This document shows positions 8,393 to 17,063 of a stretch of DNA of 32,429 nt, one piece after another (position 1 is the stretch's first letter; each line of letters starts with the position of its first letter). The stretch covers positions 1-32,429 of the IMG/VR virus record IMGVR_UViG_3300030376_004141. One strand, written 5' to 3'. Position numbers and translations under genes: made by a program. A model generated the notes under the pieces. It had not been told where the DNA came from and did no database searches. It saw only the letters and a program-made list of their open reading frames with translations. Source of the stretch: a virus (taxonomy: Duplodnaviria > Caudoviricetes).

Positions 8393-10545
8393 GTTTAAGT
8401 CCACACGCTGATTATACTACCTATACAAAGTCTAATTCTTTAAAGGAGAATTGGCTAGTACAGCTTTACTATGGAGATGAATCTAGTTTTACAGGATTAG
8501 CATTTAAAGATTGCGATGTCAGTAGCAATCATTATTATGGTGCTATTCTAAACAAACCTATGATACGATCTTCTATAGACTTATCTAGTTCAACTGCTAA
8601 AACTGCAAACGTAACATTGGAAGTGGCTAATTTTGAGTTTCTTGGTTTAGATTTAAGCGCTGAACTTGTATCTGGAGCTAGGGCATATATAAATAGAACA
8701 GTAAAAATATACTCACAACTAAAAGATGATACTGACTTATCACACGCTAGTCAAATTTATGAAGGTAGATTAATAACTGTTAGCCATAATCACTCTAAAA
8801 TTATATTAGGCGTAGAAGAGAAAAGACCCTGGGATTTTATTACTTTTCCACAGGCTAAAGCAGCGCAAAAGAATGTGTACATACCAGTTGTCTATGGTGA
8901 CTACGCTGCTAACACAATAGGAGAAGAAGTAAGAGATATGGAAAAGTTTGTATTTCCAGCTCCTGTTCTACGAATTGGTGACACAAATATACTTGTGACT
9001 ATGCCAAAGTCTGAAAGCAATATACTCCCACATTACTATGAACCAAACTTAGATGCCTTTATTCCTTTAGAGACTAGCGAATATACTAGTGCTACTCAAA
9101 ATAATATAAAATACGATTCTTCTGCTGACGTTGCCTTGATAAGTAAAACGCTAGAACGATCTTTTAAAACAGATCCTATATCTGTAGGCGCAACAGATGA
9201 AGCAGAGGCAAACACCTCTGATAATATTTTGTTATATAGCCATAGTAGCTTTGTAGAGCTTTTAAATGAAATAGAGTCAGATGATGCTCCTGGTTCTTCT
9301 AGTAGTAAAGTTGTTACATATAATTTTCCAATAATTACTGGTAAAATAACAGCTTTAAGCGCAATAGTTGATGCTGATATAGCAAAACTGGTAAATGCAG
9401 CAGGCAATAATTATCTTTCAAAAGTTTTTTTTAAGTATGGTAATAATATAACAGAGTTTACAAGTTTAAGGGATAATACCTCTGGAACAGGTACAAATGA
9501 TCTTGGCTCAGAAACTTTAAATATTCTATCTACTGTATACACAAATAATGATAATCAATTATTGACTCCTTTTGGCTTACAGGGATCTATAACGCTAATT
9601 GGCGGGATACAAGCAGCCCTAAAAACTGATCATCTTATAAATAAATTTCAATTATTTATGAAAGTTAAAAACAACTTTGATGACCCAGAAAGATCTGCAA
9701 CTGAAAAAGACTTAGAAAAGCTAGAGTATATATACTTTGGACACGATGGCAATACAAATGATTTTACTGGAGGTAGTGGAACTGCTGATTGTGGACTTGA
9801 AATACATAGAAGTCTTTTAGCCAGGTTTACAAATGTAGATGAAACACCGTATAACTATTCTTCTAATCTAGATATAGCAAGCGCAAGAATATCGACTGCT
9901 TGGAAAGGTAGGCTCTGGGCATTAGAGCCAGTAGAATTAAAAAAAGTTCTAGAGAGATTGCAGTATGAGTTTGGATTTATCTATAAATTTAGAGCGGATG
10001 GTACTGGTAGTTATTGGTATGTAAAAGATTCGTATGCTAGTGGTGATGTAGCTGCAACCTTAACCAAAGAAGATATTGCAAATATAAATGTAAGCAATAC
10101 TCCATTCAGCGAACTACAGACAAAAATGATTATTAATTATCAAAAGCATCCTGCTAAAGAAAGTGAATATGGAGTTACGCAAACATCAACAAACGCTGAA
10201 AGTACTGGTGCTAGAACTGTCTACAATATTCAAAGTAAAGAAAATATAAGCAATATTAATTTAGATTACAATTACGATAAGCCTGGAAACACCGATCTTA
10301 GCGGTGGTGACCCCAATGATGGGTTTGCAGATTATTATTATAATATCTTTGGGGATGTCAAAAAGATTGTTAGCTGTGATATTATTAACGTATCACTAGG
10401 GTATATTTTAGAAACTGGTGACATAATAAAGTTTGACTCTATGCCTTTTAACCCATTTGGCAGTAATTGGAATGGGTACTATATGATTACAAGCCTAAAT
10501 AGATCGCCTGGTAAAGTCAACATAATTTGTCGTGAAGTCGGCTAA
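8389..10545 (+). CDS. Tail tip/baseplate hub protein
   Basis: Follows the TMP; IPVVYGD and terminal LETGDIIKF...YMITSL motifs typical of hub proteins. Confidence 0.65.
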   Translation: MSLSPHADYTTYTKSNSLKENWLVQLYYGDESSFTGLAFKDCDVSSNHYYGAILNKPMIRSSIDLSSSTAKTANVTLEVANFEFLGLDLSAELVSGARAYINRTVKIYSQLKDDTDLSHASQIYEGRLITVSHNHSKIILGVEEKRPWDFITFPQAKAAQKNVYIPVVYGDYAANTIGEEVRDMEKFVFPAPVLRIGDTNILVTMPKSESNILPHYYEPNLDAFIPLETSEYTSATQNNIKYDSSADVALISKTLERSFKTDPISVGATDEAEANTSDNILLYSHSSFVELLNEIESDDAPGSSSSKVVTYNFPIITGKITALSAIVDADIAKLVNAAGNNYLSKVFFKYGNNITEFTSLRDNTSGTGTNDLGSETLNILSTVYTNNDNQLLTPFGLQGSITLIGGIQAALKTDHLINKFQLFMKVKNNFDDPERSATEKDLEKLEYIYFGHDGNTNDFTGGSGTADCGLEIHRSLLARFTNVDETPYNYSSNLDIASARISTAWKGRLWALEPVELKKVLERLQYEFGFIYKFRADGTGSYWYVKDSYASGDVAATLTKEDIANINVSNTPFSELQTKMIINYQKHPAKESEYGVTQTSTNAESTGARTVYNIQSKENISNINLDYNYDKPGNTDLSGGDPNDGFADYYYNIFGDVKKIVSCDIINVSLGYILETGDIIKFDSMPFNPFGSNWNGYYMITSLNRSPGKVNIICREVG

Positions 10546-10570
10546 ACCTATATAATTAAAGGGAATATAT

Positions 10571-11377
10571 ATGGCCAAATATTTTATCTATCCAAACGCA
10601 AATCTTTATTCAGCAGACCCAGTAGGGGGCGATCGTACAGGTGGTACTAACAACTTTGCTGCTAGTGCAAATGTAACAAATGAGACTAGGTTGACTGATG
10701 TTTCTATAGCTACTGCTGCAAGCATACCTCAGTTTGATGCAGTACAATTTGATATGGGCGGAACAATAACAGCTATTAATGCAGTTGCGATTTATGTTAA
10801 TGCAGTAAATACTAACGATGTGCATTTTTTTAACAGTAGTAGCGCTACAACTGGAGCTTTTGGAGCCTCATCAAGTGATGACACCTTTATTACTGGAACA
10901 AGCTATGATGAATTTACATCAGTAGGTTGGCAAGTTAAGACAGGCCTTGCAAATACTACTGCTGGAAACGCTGCAACACAGCGGTATTTTTATATGTATG
11001 GGAATGTAGCAACTCAAAGCACAATTACTGAAGTTATAATTGGGAATAAACTTGACTTAACTAATGTAAAGCTAACAGGCGCTGAAGGTATAAACTACGG
11101 CAATGACCTAATAGTAAGTCATGGTGGCAATGAGTTCTCTAATCAAAGACATGGTGGTAAGAAGTTCTGGAACTTTAGCCTGGGTCATTGTAGCTCTACA
11201 TATAAAGCAAGCTTAGAGGCAATGCGTGAGGCAGTCGATGGCGCACATTATAAGTTTTTATATTACGATGGATCTGCTTATAACTATGTTCGTATGAGCG
11301 GTGATAGCTTACGATTTAAAGAAATCGCATATGGGGTCTACGATACTACCATTAAACTTACAGAGCAGTTAAGCTAA
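10571..11377 (+). CDS. Minor tail protein with distal-tail (Dit/gpM-like) C-terminal domain
   Basis: C-terminal GG...WNFSL...FLYYDG...FKEIAYGVYDTTIKLTEQ pattern; beta-rich N-terminal domain. Confidence 0.55.
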   Translation: MAKYFIYPNANLYSADPVGGDRTGGTNNFAASANVTNETRLTDVSIATAASIPQFDAVQFDMGGTITAINAVAIYVNAVNTNDVHFFNSSSATTGAFGASSSDDTFITGTSYDEFTSVGWQVKTGLANTTAGNAATQRYFYMYGNVATQSTITEVIIGNKLDLTNVKLTGAEGINYGNDLIVSHGGNEFSNQRHGGKKFWNFSLGHCSSTYKASLEAMREAVDGAHYKFLYYDGSAYNYVRMSGDSLRFKEIAYGVYDTTIKLTEQLS

Positions 11378-12471
11378 CTATAAAAAGAATTAACAATCAT
11401 CTCTGATGATTTCTTCTTATCATCCCTAATCCAATCCGCATAAGCATTCTCAGTATCCTTAACATTAGCATGGCCTAGATGCTCTTTAACCGCATAGATA
11501 TTTCCTGATTCTCTTAATAGTATAGTAGCAGAAGTATCTCTAAGGTCGTGAGGTGTAAACATAACACCAGATACCTTACTCGCTACAGCTATTCTACTGC
11601 GAATGTGTGTCTGACTGATAGGTATAGGATATGTATCAGATTCGTCATGCGTCAGCTTAAAGTGATCATTAATGTTTTTTAATAATCTTTGATGATGTCC
11701 TTTAAGAAATGGTATCTCAAGCGGTTCATCAAACTCGCGCTTATGACCTTTGTTTTTTATATAAGCCACTTCGCCCTCAACATCTATTTGTTCCCAGGTA
11801 AAGTCAGGCCTACATAATTCACTTATGCGACATCCAGTTAATATATACAGCTCAATAATATTTTTAGTGATAGGACAGATATCTGGATGGTTAAATATAG
11901 AGTCTAATTGATGCTGTTTTAAGGCGTTCTTTTTACTCTTTATAGTCTTAGGTAGCTTGATTGGTTTTGCGCTGATTGTACCCCTAATTTTGCCCTCAGA
12001 AACCTGTTCCCTGGCCCAGTTTCCTATATGATTTAAGCATCGGAGTGCAGTAATGCCAGAATTCTTCTTGTCTGGGTTTCCGTAACGCTTATAATAAAAC
12101 TCATAATCTATTTTGCTAAAGCGCAAATCACTACCTAAATCATTTTCTAGCTTTTTCATTAAAGAGGTGTAGCGCTTTACAGTTTTAGTCGCATATTGCT
12201 TATACGGTATAGCGTTAACAGTAAATGCCTTAAATACCATACCTATGGTAAGCTCTGACACAGTAATGTTTATAGAATTTATCTTACCATTGAGCCTGCT
12301 GTTAATTCTGTCTCTTTCTTCTACTAATAAAGCATCGCTATAAATAGCTTTAGCCTGATCTTTATTGTTGATTGTTATTGATCTGTATGGATTTTTGTAT
12401 AAATCCCTATACCCTTCTGGTATATATTTAATTAAATATTTATTGTCTTGTAGCTTTGTAAGTGTTGCCAT
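11374..12471 (-). CDS. int: Tyrosine recombinase/phage integrase
   Basis: Catalytic motifs TGCRISEL (R), HDLR (HxxR), LGH and Y in TENAY; AAGAGGA RBS. Confidence 0.9.
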   Translation of the reverse strand: MATLTKLQDNKYLIKYIPEGYRDLYKNPYRSITINNKDQAKAIYSDALLVEERDRINSRLNGKINSINITVSELTIGMVFKAFTVNAIPYKQYATKTVKRYTSLMKKLENDLGSDLRFSKIDYEFYYKRYGNPDKKNSGITALRCLNHIGNWAREQVSEGKIRGTISAKPIKLPKTIKSKKNALKQHQLDSIFNHPDICPITKNIIELYILTGCRISELCRPDFTWEQIDVEGEVAYIKNKGHKREFDEPLEIPFLKGHHQRLLKNINDHFKLTHDESDTYPIPISQTHIRSRIAVASKVSGVMFTPHDLRDTSATILLRESGNIYAVKEHLGHANVKDTENAYADWIRDDKKKSSEMIVNSFYS

Positions 12472-12557
12472 TTTTTCTGTATCCTCTTGTTTTGCACAAT
12501 AAAAAGTAATAATACATATTACATTTAAGCAAGTTATATTTTTTGCAAAAAAAACCT

Positions 12558-12586
12558 TTGCATTAAAACAGTAATTGTAATAAAAT
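12558..12586 (+). promoter_or_regulatory. Sigma70-type promoter for the Cro/replication operon
   Basis: TTGCAT-17 bp-TAAAAT upstream of 12613. Confidence 0.55.
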
Positions 12587-12612
12587 GTTAAACCAAAAAC
12601 AGGAACATATTA

Positions 12613-12852
12613 ATGGGAAGACCAAAAATAAACACACCAATACAGCCACAAACAAAAATTAATGATGTTTTGAAAAGACCAAATGTGCAGCGGACATTAT
12701 ACTGGCTATCTAAGCAGACTGAAATTAATCATACACTCTTGCATCAAATTGTAAATGGAAAACGAAGGTTGCAAGACTATCAGGCTGATAAGATTTTTCA
12801 TACACTACAAAGATTTAATATAGATGTAACACGCGAAGAGGTCTTTATTTGA
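12613..12852 (+). CDS. Cro/XRE-like helix-turn-helix regulator
   Basis: TLYWLSKQTEINHTLLHQIVNGKR HTH pattern; divergent from the integrase. Confidence 0.7.
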   Translation: MGRPKINTPIQPQTKINDVLKRPNVQRTLYWLSKQTEINHTLLHQIVNGKRRLQDYQADKIFHTLQRFNIDVTREEVFI

Positions 12853-12901
12853 TCTGTGAAAAACTAAATTTTAACTTATAACATGAGGTACTCCACATAC
12901 C

Positions 12902-13126
12902 ATGAGTCAAGTCAAGCTAATAAAGAATAAAAGTTTTAGTAAAAAAGAAGTACTCTCCTACATAGGGTCATTAGGTGCTACCTTTCGTAACATAAAGCCT
13001 TCTGACCCTATGTCAACGGATGCATTTGACATCTATACACAATCAGAGACACATAAGTATCACATTATAAAAGAAGTGTGTAGAAAACTTGATACAATGA
13101 ACATAAAATATGAGGTAATAGATTGA
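12902..13126 (+). CDS. Hypothetical protein
   Basis: ORF with upstream GAGGT, in operon. Confidence 0.6.
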   Translation: MSQVKLIKNKSFSKKEVLSYIGSLGATFRNIKPSDPMSTDAFDIYTQSETHKYHIIKEVCRKLDTMNIKYEVID

Positions 13127-13227
13127 AGCATTTACTATGGTATTTAAAAGAGTATTTTGTGGAAATTATAATTTTTACAATGCTAATAATGGTTTTAATT
13201 AATAATAGGAGTATAATATGGCCGTAA
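13123..13227 (+). CDS. 34-aa putative membrane peptide (MKHLLWYLKEYFVEIIIFTMLIMVLINNRSIIWP)
   Basis: GAGGT RBS, TTG start overlapping the previous stop (TTGA), one hydrophobic helix. Confidence 0.45.
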   Translation: MKHLLWYLKEYFVEIIIFTMLIMVLINNRSIIWP

Positions 13228-13745
13228 ATAAAAAGACAGGCACTATGAATAGTACTGTGAAAATGGGCGCACAAATTGTTAAAAATCTAAAAGTTAAATG
13301 GTCGCATTTAGCAAAACCTGATTTAGAGTATAACTCTGGACATAGTGTTACCGTAGAAATGAACGATGAACTAAAAAAACTACATAAAGAAATGCAGGCG
13401 CAGACTGGCGTAAAGCATATAAATGGATTAAGTGAATATGAAGGAGTAGAGACTGCAAAGTTTTCTACAAAAGTATATGTAAATGAAGGTGTTGAAAAGT
13501 TTCCTAGTATTTATGATACAGATGGTCAAAAGACAATGGATATACCTTTTGGTGGTGACGTAGTGAATCTAGTATTTAAGCCTAGAGAATGGGATAAGCC
13601 AAAGAAATCAATCAGTTGTTATTTGCAAGAAGTACAGTTGGTTGAAAAAAACGGTGGTGAGTCGGTTACATTTGCAAAGGTACAAGATAAGTCTAATGAG
13701 GTCACATTTAGTGAACAAAAAGATGAAGAAGATCTACCGTTCTAA
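13218..13745 (+). CDS. ssb: Single-stranded DNA-binding protein (T7 gp2.5-like)
   Basis: WSHL.KPD, GGDVVNL, SCYLQEVQLVE motifs and an acidic tail ending EEDLPF. Confidence 0.75.
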   Translation: MAVNKKTGTMNSTVKMGAQIVKNLKVKWSHLAKPDLEYNSGHSVTVEMNDELKKLHKEMQAQTGVKHINGLSEYEGVETAKFSTKVYVNEGVEKFPSIYDTDGQKTMDIPFGGDVVNLVFKPREWDKPKKSISCYLQEVQLVEKNGGESVTFAKVQDKSNEVTFSEQKDEEDLPF

Positions 13746-13803
13746 ATTAGGCGGTGAAGATAAGTTACATATTCAAAAACTACAACAGAAGTGGGATGAA
13801 GAA

Positions 13804-14103
13804 ATGAATAGTAAAGCAAAGGGTACAGGGTACGAGAACGAACTTGTAAAGAAATTGCAAGATGCTGGCTTTGAAAATGTAAAAAGAGCCTGGGGGTCGG
13901 ATGGGCGAAGTTTTGGGGAAGCGCCTGATGTCGATATCAAAGCGGATGATATATTAGTGCAAGCTAAAAGACGTAAATCGATCCCCAAATGGCTTTCTTT
14001 GGGTAATTGTGATGTAGTAATGTTTCGTGAAGACAGAGGCATTACATTTGTGTGTATGACTTTTGATGATTGGATAGAATGTTTGAAAAATGTCCGCTTG
14101 TAG
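13804..14103 (+). CDS. Holliday junction resolvase (Hjc-type PD-(D/E)xK nuclease)
   Basis: SKAKGTGYENEL...PDVD...VQAKRRK; ATG 13804 preferred over the longer track start. Confidence 0.75.
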   Translation: MNSKAKGTGYENELVKKLQDAGFENVKRAWGSDGRSFGEAPDVDIKADDILVQAKRRKSIPKWLSLGNCDVVMFREDRGITFVCMTFDDWIECLKNVRL

Positions 14104-14243
14104 AAAACAGAAAATGTGCATTTGCAGGATACGATAAAGAACAAAGATTACGCTGTGGCTTTGCTACGCATCCAAATTTGGTTTCGGATTTAACGGTATG
14201 TGGTCTGAAGCTAAAGAAGGCGAGAAAGAAAAAAAGACGATAG
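14079..14243 (+). CDS. 54-aa Cys4 protein with basic tail (MFEKCPLVENRKCAFAGYDKEQRLRCGFATHPNLVSDLTVCGLKLKKARKKKRR)
   Basis: Hand-translated; GGA upstream; shares a four-cysteine motif with 18347..18691. Confidence 0.65.
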   Translation: MFEKCPLVENRKCAFAGYDKEQRLRCGFATHPNLVSDLTVCGLKLKKARKKKRR

Positions 14244-14289
14244 ACTGGGTTTGGCAAAAGCTGGTCGACTTTCTCGTCTATACTTTAAC

Positions 14290-14359
14290 AGAAGTGTGCG
14301 ATACAATCCTTTTCCTCTTACCTCGCACAACACCTTCGGACAATGTGTCGCGCACTTCT
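14290..14359 (+). ncRNA. Candidate structured RNA element (16-bp stem, C/U-rich loop)
   Basis: AGAAGTGTGCGATACA pairs with TGTGTCGCGCACTTCT; the two DNA mismatches are both G-U pairs on the + strand. Confidence 0.45.
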
Positions 14360-14467
14360 TATACCTGTAAACATGAAAAGCTTACACATCTTTGGGATGG
14401 CTATGACTATCGAACCGACCGATGGGAATGCGATTATTGTGGAGCGGAAATACCTGAGGAGTTTTAA
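14345..14467 (+). CDS. Small zinc-finger-like protein (CKH...CDYC); start uncertain
   Basis: 3' part of track ORF 14198..14467; possible GTG start at 14345 after CGGA. Confidence 0.4.
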   Translation: MSRTSYTCKHEKLTHLWDGYDYRTDRWECDYCGAEIPEEF

Positions 14468-14470
14468 TTT

Positions 14471-14614
14471 ATGATGACTAAATGGTTTTTTATATATTTG
14501 TATCGTTATTTTAAAGACGGTCGCAGCGACAAGCAAAAAGAGAACATGGACTGGTTCTTGAGGGTCAATGGCAATAAAACATTATTAAGAATATGGAGAT
14601 ATTTAAATGGGTGA
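14471..14614 (+). CDS. 47-aa hypothetical protein (MMTKWFFIYLYRYFKDGRSDKQKENMDWFLRVNGNKTLLRIWRYLNG)
   Basis: GAGGAG RBS, fills the gap, overlaps the next start. Confidence 0.55.
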   Translation: MMTKWFFIYLYRYFKDGRSDKQKENMDWFLRVNGNKTLLRIWRYLNG

Positions 14615-14969
14615 TAAAACATTAGAAAAAATTAAGATTACGGAAAAGATGGAAAATGAATATCCTGTAATGACAAAAAGATTTAAACAGCTACAGCGTG
14701 AGCAGTACGAATTGTTCTGTAGAAAACAGCACGATTACGGTAGCGGTAATATTTCTGTGGGTACAAACTTAGAAACAGCGGAAGAAGTGCATATGTCTTT
14801 ATCTGGAATATGGTTTAGAATGAACGATAAGATTGAAAGAGCTAAGAACCTGATTATGCGTAAGGGTAGTTCTGCTGTTGAAGATGAGCCTTTAGAGGAT
14901 GCGTTTTTAGATTTAAGTAACTATGGCATAATGGCTACATTAGTTAAAGAACAAATCTGGGGGAGATGA
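14607..14969 (+). CDS. Nucleotide modification associated domain 1 (DUF1599)-like protein
   Basis: KQHDYG, RMNDKIER and E.LEDAFLDLSNYGIM motifs characteristic of this all-alpha family. Confidence 0.7.
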   Translation: MGDKTLEKIKITEKMENEYPVMTKRFKQLQREQYELFCRKQHDYGSGNISVGTNLETAEEVHMSLSGIWFRMNDKIERAKNLIMRKGSSAVEDEPLEDAFLDLSNYGIMATLVKEQIWGR

Positions 14970-15373
14970 TGTGGAAGAGATTTAACCCAAAGAAACGCGG
15001 AGACTTTACAGGGATATACGCTCTATACCAAGACCATAGTTTAATATATATAGGTTATTCTACAAGCGTTTTAAGTCGATTAAAAAAACATGAGATAAGT
15101 TATGACTTGGCAAAATATAAACAAGTCGATGATCATAATGTCGCAAAAGCTTTAGAAGAAAAACTAATTAAAAGACTTACCCCAAGTTTTAATAAAGACT
15201 TTATAAAACCTGATGTAGAAACAAAAGCATTTTCCTGTCAATTAGAACTTGACGTATGGAAGGCACTAAAGATTAAACACGCGATCAAAGACAAACCTGT
15301 TGCGGACATTGTGAATGAGGCATTGCGTGAACAACTAAAAAGGTGGGTAGACATTGGAAACCAAGCTAGTTAA
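14966..15373 (+). CDS. GIY-YIG nuclease fused to a C-terminal ribbon-helix-helix-like domain
   Basis: GIYALY...IYIGYS...RLKKH...LEEKLI..L.P.FN; C-terminal FSCQLELDVWKALK...VADIVNEALREQL. Confidence 0.7.
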   Translation: MMWKRFNPKKRGDFTGIYALYQDHSLIYIGYSTSVLSRLKKHEISYDLAKYKQVDDHNVAKALEEKLIKRLTPSFNKDFIKPDVETKAFSCQLELDVWKALKIKHAIKDKPVADIVNEALREQLKRWVDIGNQAS

Positions 15374-15509
15374 TTATTATCAAATATTAGAAGTATATAA
15401 GAAATTAATTAAAAAAAGAACAGAAGAAGGAAAGGATAGCCTAAGACTTAAAAAACGGTTGCTGGCTATAATGGTACATGGCAAAGACAAAAGCACACAC
15501 AGCGTATAA
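15354..15509 (+). CDS. Possible 51-aa hypothetical protein
   Basis: TTG start after AGGTGGG; spans the gap between the flanking genes. Confidence 0.3.
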   Translation: METKLVNYYQILEVYKKLIKKRTEEGKDSLRLKKRLLAIMVHGKDKSTHSV

Positions 15510-16125
15510 ATTAAAAGATGGCACTAGGGCAAAAGGTGTCACGACCATTCTAAATAACTTAGGGTGGAATAAGAATATATTGGTAGCCTGGGCCAGGAGA
15601 ACTGCATTAGCAGGAGAAGACCCAGAGGCAGTACTAAAAGAGGCAGGCACAATCGGTACATTGGCGCATTACCTATGCGAAAGTCATATAAAAGGTGAAA
15701 AGCCTGAGACATCTGATTATTCTGCGGAGCAAATAACAAAAGCAGAGAATGCTTTTTTGGGATATCTTGAGTGGGAGAAGATGACTAAGCCTAAGTATGA
15801 GGCTATAGAATTAAAGATGGTATCGGAAAAATATAGAGTAGGTGGTACTGCGGACTTTATAGCCAGGATTAATGGCGCATTGGTTTTAGGAGACTTTAAG
15901 ACGAGCAAGGGTATCTACCCAGAAATGACAGCTCAACTCGCAGCCTATCGAAAGATGTATCTGGAATTGCAGCCTAAAGCGAAAATTGAGTCGGCTATGA
16001 TACTCAAGCTTGACAAGAACTCTGGTGCATTCTCGCATCACTTTGTAGGGAAATCACAGCTTGATTGGGGATGGAGAGTATTTGAGTGTTGTATGGAGCT
16101 TGATAAGTTACAGAAAGAGATATAA
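15478..16125 (+). CDS. PD-(D/E)xK exonuclease (RecB/Cas4-like superfamily)
   Basis: GVTTIL, GTLAH, GGTADF...GDFKTS...QLAAY motifs. Confidence 0.85.
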   Translation: MAKTKAHTAYKLKDGTRAKGVTTILNNLGWNKNILVAWARRTALAGEDPEAVLKEAGTIGTLAHYLCESHIKGEKPETSDYSAEQITKAENAFLGYLEWEKMTKPKYEAIELKMVSEKYRVGGTADFIARINGALVLGDFKTSKGIYPEMTAQLAAYRKMYLELQPKAKIESAMILKLDKNSGAFSHHFVGKSQLDWGWRVFECCMELDKLQKEI

Positions 16126-16214
16126 TGAAAGACGAAAGCACTTGCTGTAATGCACCTATAATTTTGGCTGATATATGCTCAGATTGTAAAGAGCATTGTG
16201 ATAAGGAAATATAG
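16125..16214 (+). CDS. 29-aa zinc-finger mini-protein MKDESTCCNAPIILADICSDCKEHCDKEI
   Basis: TAATG and TAGTG coupling at both ends; SxCCxA...CxxCKEHC motif. Confidence 0.65.
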   Translation: MKDESTCCNAPIILADICSDCKEHCDKEI

Positions 16215-16342
16215 TGCCAAATAAAGAAGCCAAGAATCGTAAGCGTTTAAAACGTAAAAAGACGTTAGAGATAAAGCAATATAAAGCAAAGAAAAGAAGA
16301 GAGCGCAAGGAGAGGCGCAATGCTAGAGATATTTCAGCGTAA
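16214..16342 (+). CDS. 42-aa basic mini-protein MPNKEAKNRKRLKRKKTLEIKQYKAKKRRERKERRNARDISA
   Basis: AAGGA RBS, GTG start overlapping the previous stop. Confidence 0.55.
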   Translation: MPNKEAKNRKRLKRKKTLEIKQYKAKKRRERKERRNARDISA

Positions 16343-17063
16343 CGTACAGAGGATTAGAAAAGGTTCCGATGGAGAATATATTGGGCTATGCCCCTTCCAC
16401 AACGATACCAAGCCAAGCTTTAGCTTTAATGAGGATGGGGTATTCTTCTGTCATTCGTGTGAAGTTAAGGGCAATATAAGGAAATTTGCAGAAATGATAG
16501 GTGAAGAAGCTCCAGATTTAGGCAATAAGCCTGTATATAAACCTAAAAAAGCATGGGAACCCCCAAGACCACTAGATCCACATCGGTGGTTTGATGTTTT
16601 AAACCAAGCGGTTGACAATCTACTGTTTAACTACGATGATATTATTGGTGATTTGCCCTGGGATAAGAGTATTGTTAAGAAATTATTTATAGGCTACGAT
16701 GAAGATACGTTTTTGTTCCCATATTTTAATCATGATGGGCGCTTAGTAAATATAAAATGGCACAAAAAGAGACAGATAAAAGGCCATGCTACTACATATA
16801 TATATCCGATATGGCATATGCTCAGAAGATATAGAGGAGATAAGACATTATATGTTGTTGAAGGTGAAAAAGATTGTATTTCTATGATTTCTAGTGGAAA
16901 ACAAGCGATATCTTTTAGTAATGGAGCGAATTGCACCCCTTCGGATGAGTTATTGGCTATGATTACGAGTAAATTTAACGATATTTCGGTTATTTTTGAC
17001 AAAGATGAGGCAGGAAAGAAGGCTGAAGTTAAAATGATAGGACTTTTAAATGGCAAAAGCTAG
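16320..17063 (+). CDS. DNA primase (CHC2 zinc finger plus TOPRIM)
   Basis: CPFHND..PSF...CHSC zinc finger; VVEGEKD and FDKDEAG TOPRIM motifs. Confidence 0.85.
   Translation: MLEIFQRNVQRIRKGSDGEYIGLCPFHNDTKPSFSFNEDGVFFCHSCEVKGNIRKFAEMIGEEAPDLGNKPVYKPKKAWEPPRPLDPHRWFDVLNQAVDNLLFNYDDIIGDLPWDKSIVKKLFIGYDEDTFLFPYFNHDGRLVNIKWHKKRQIKGHATTYIYPIWHMLRRYRGDKTLYVVEGEKDCISMISSGKQAISFSNGANCTPSDELLAMITSKFNDISVIFDKDEAGKKAEVKMIGLLNGKS

Noticed and set aside
12564-12593. dif-like XerCD site (AAATGTTAAAC resembles the XerD arm)
   Set aside because: Only a partial match in very AT-rich DNA, no convincing XerC arm, and it overlaps a good sigma70 -10 element.
13642-13803. Long N-terminal extension of the resolvase in the ORF track
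   Set aside because: Overlaps the SSB gene by about 100 bp; the Hjc motif starts at ATG 13804.
17045-17051. T TTA AAT -1 slippery heptamer fusing primase and helicase
   Set aside because: The -1 frame hits a stop within about 9 codons; the helicase is in the +1 frame.
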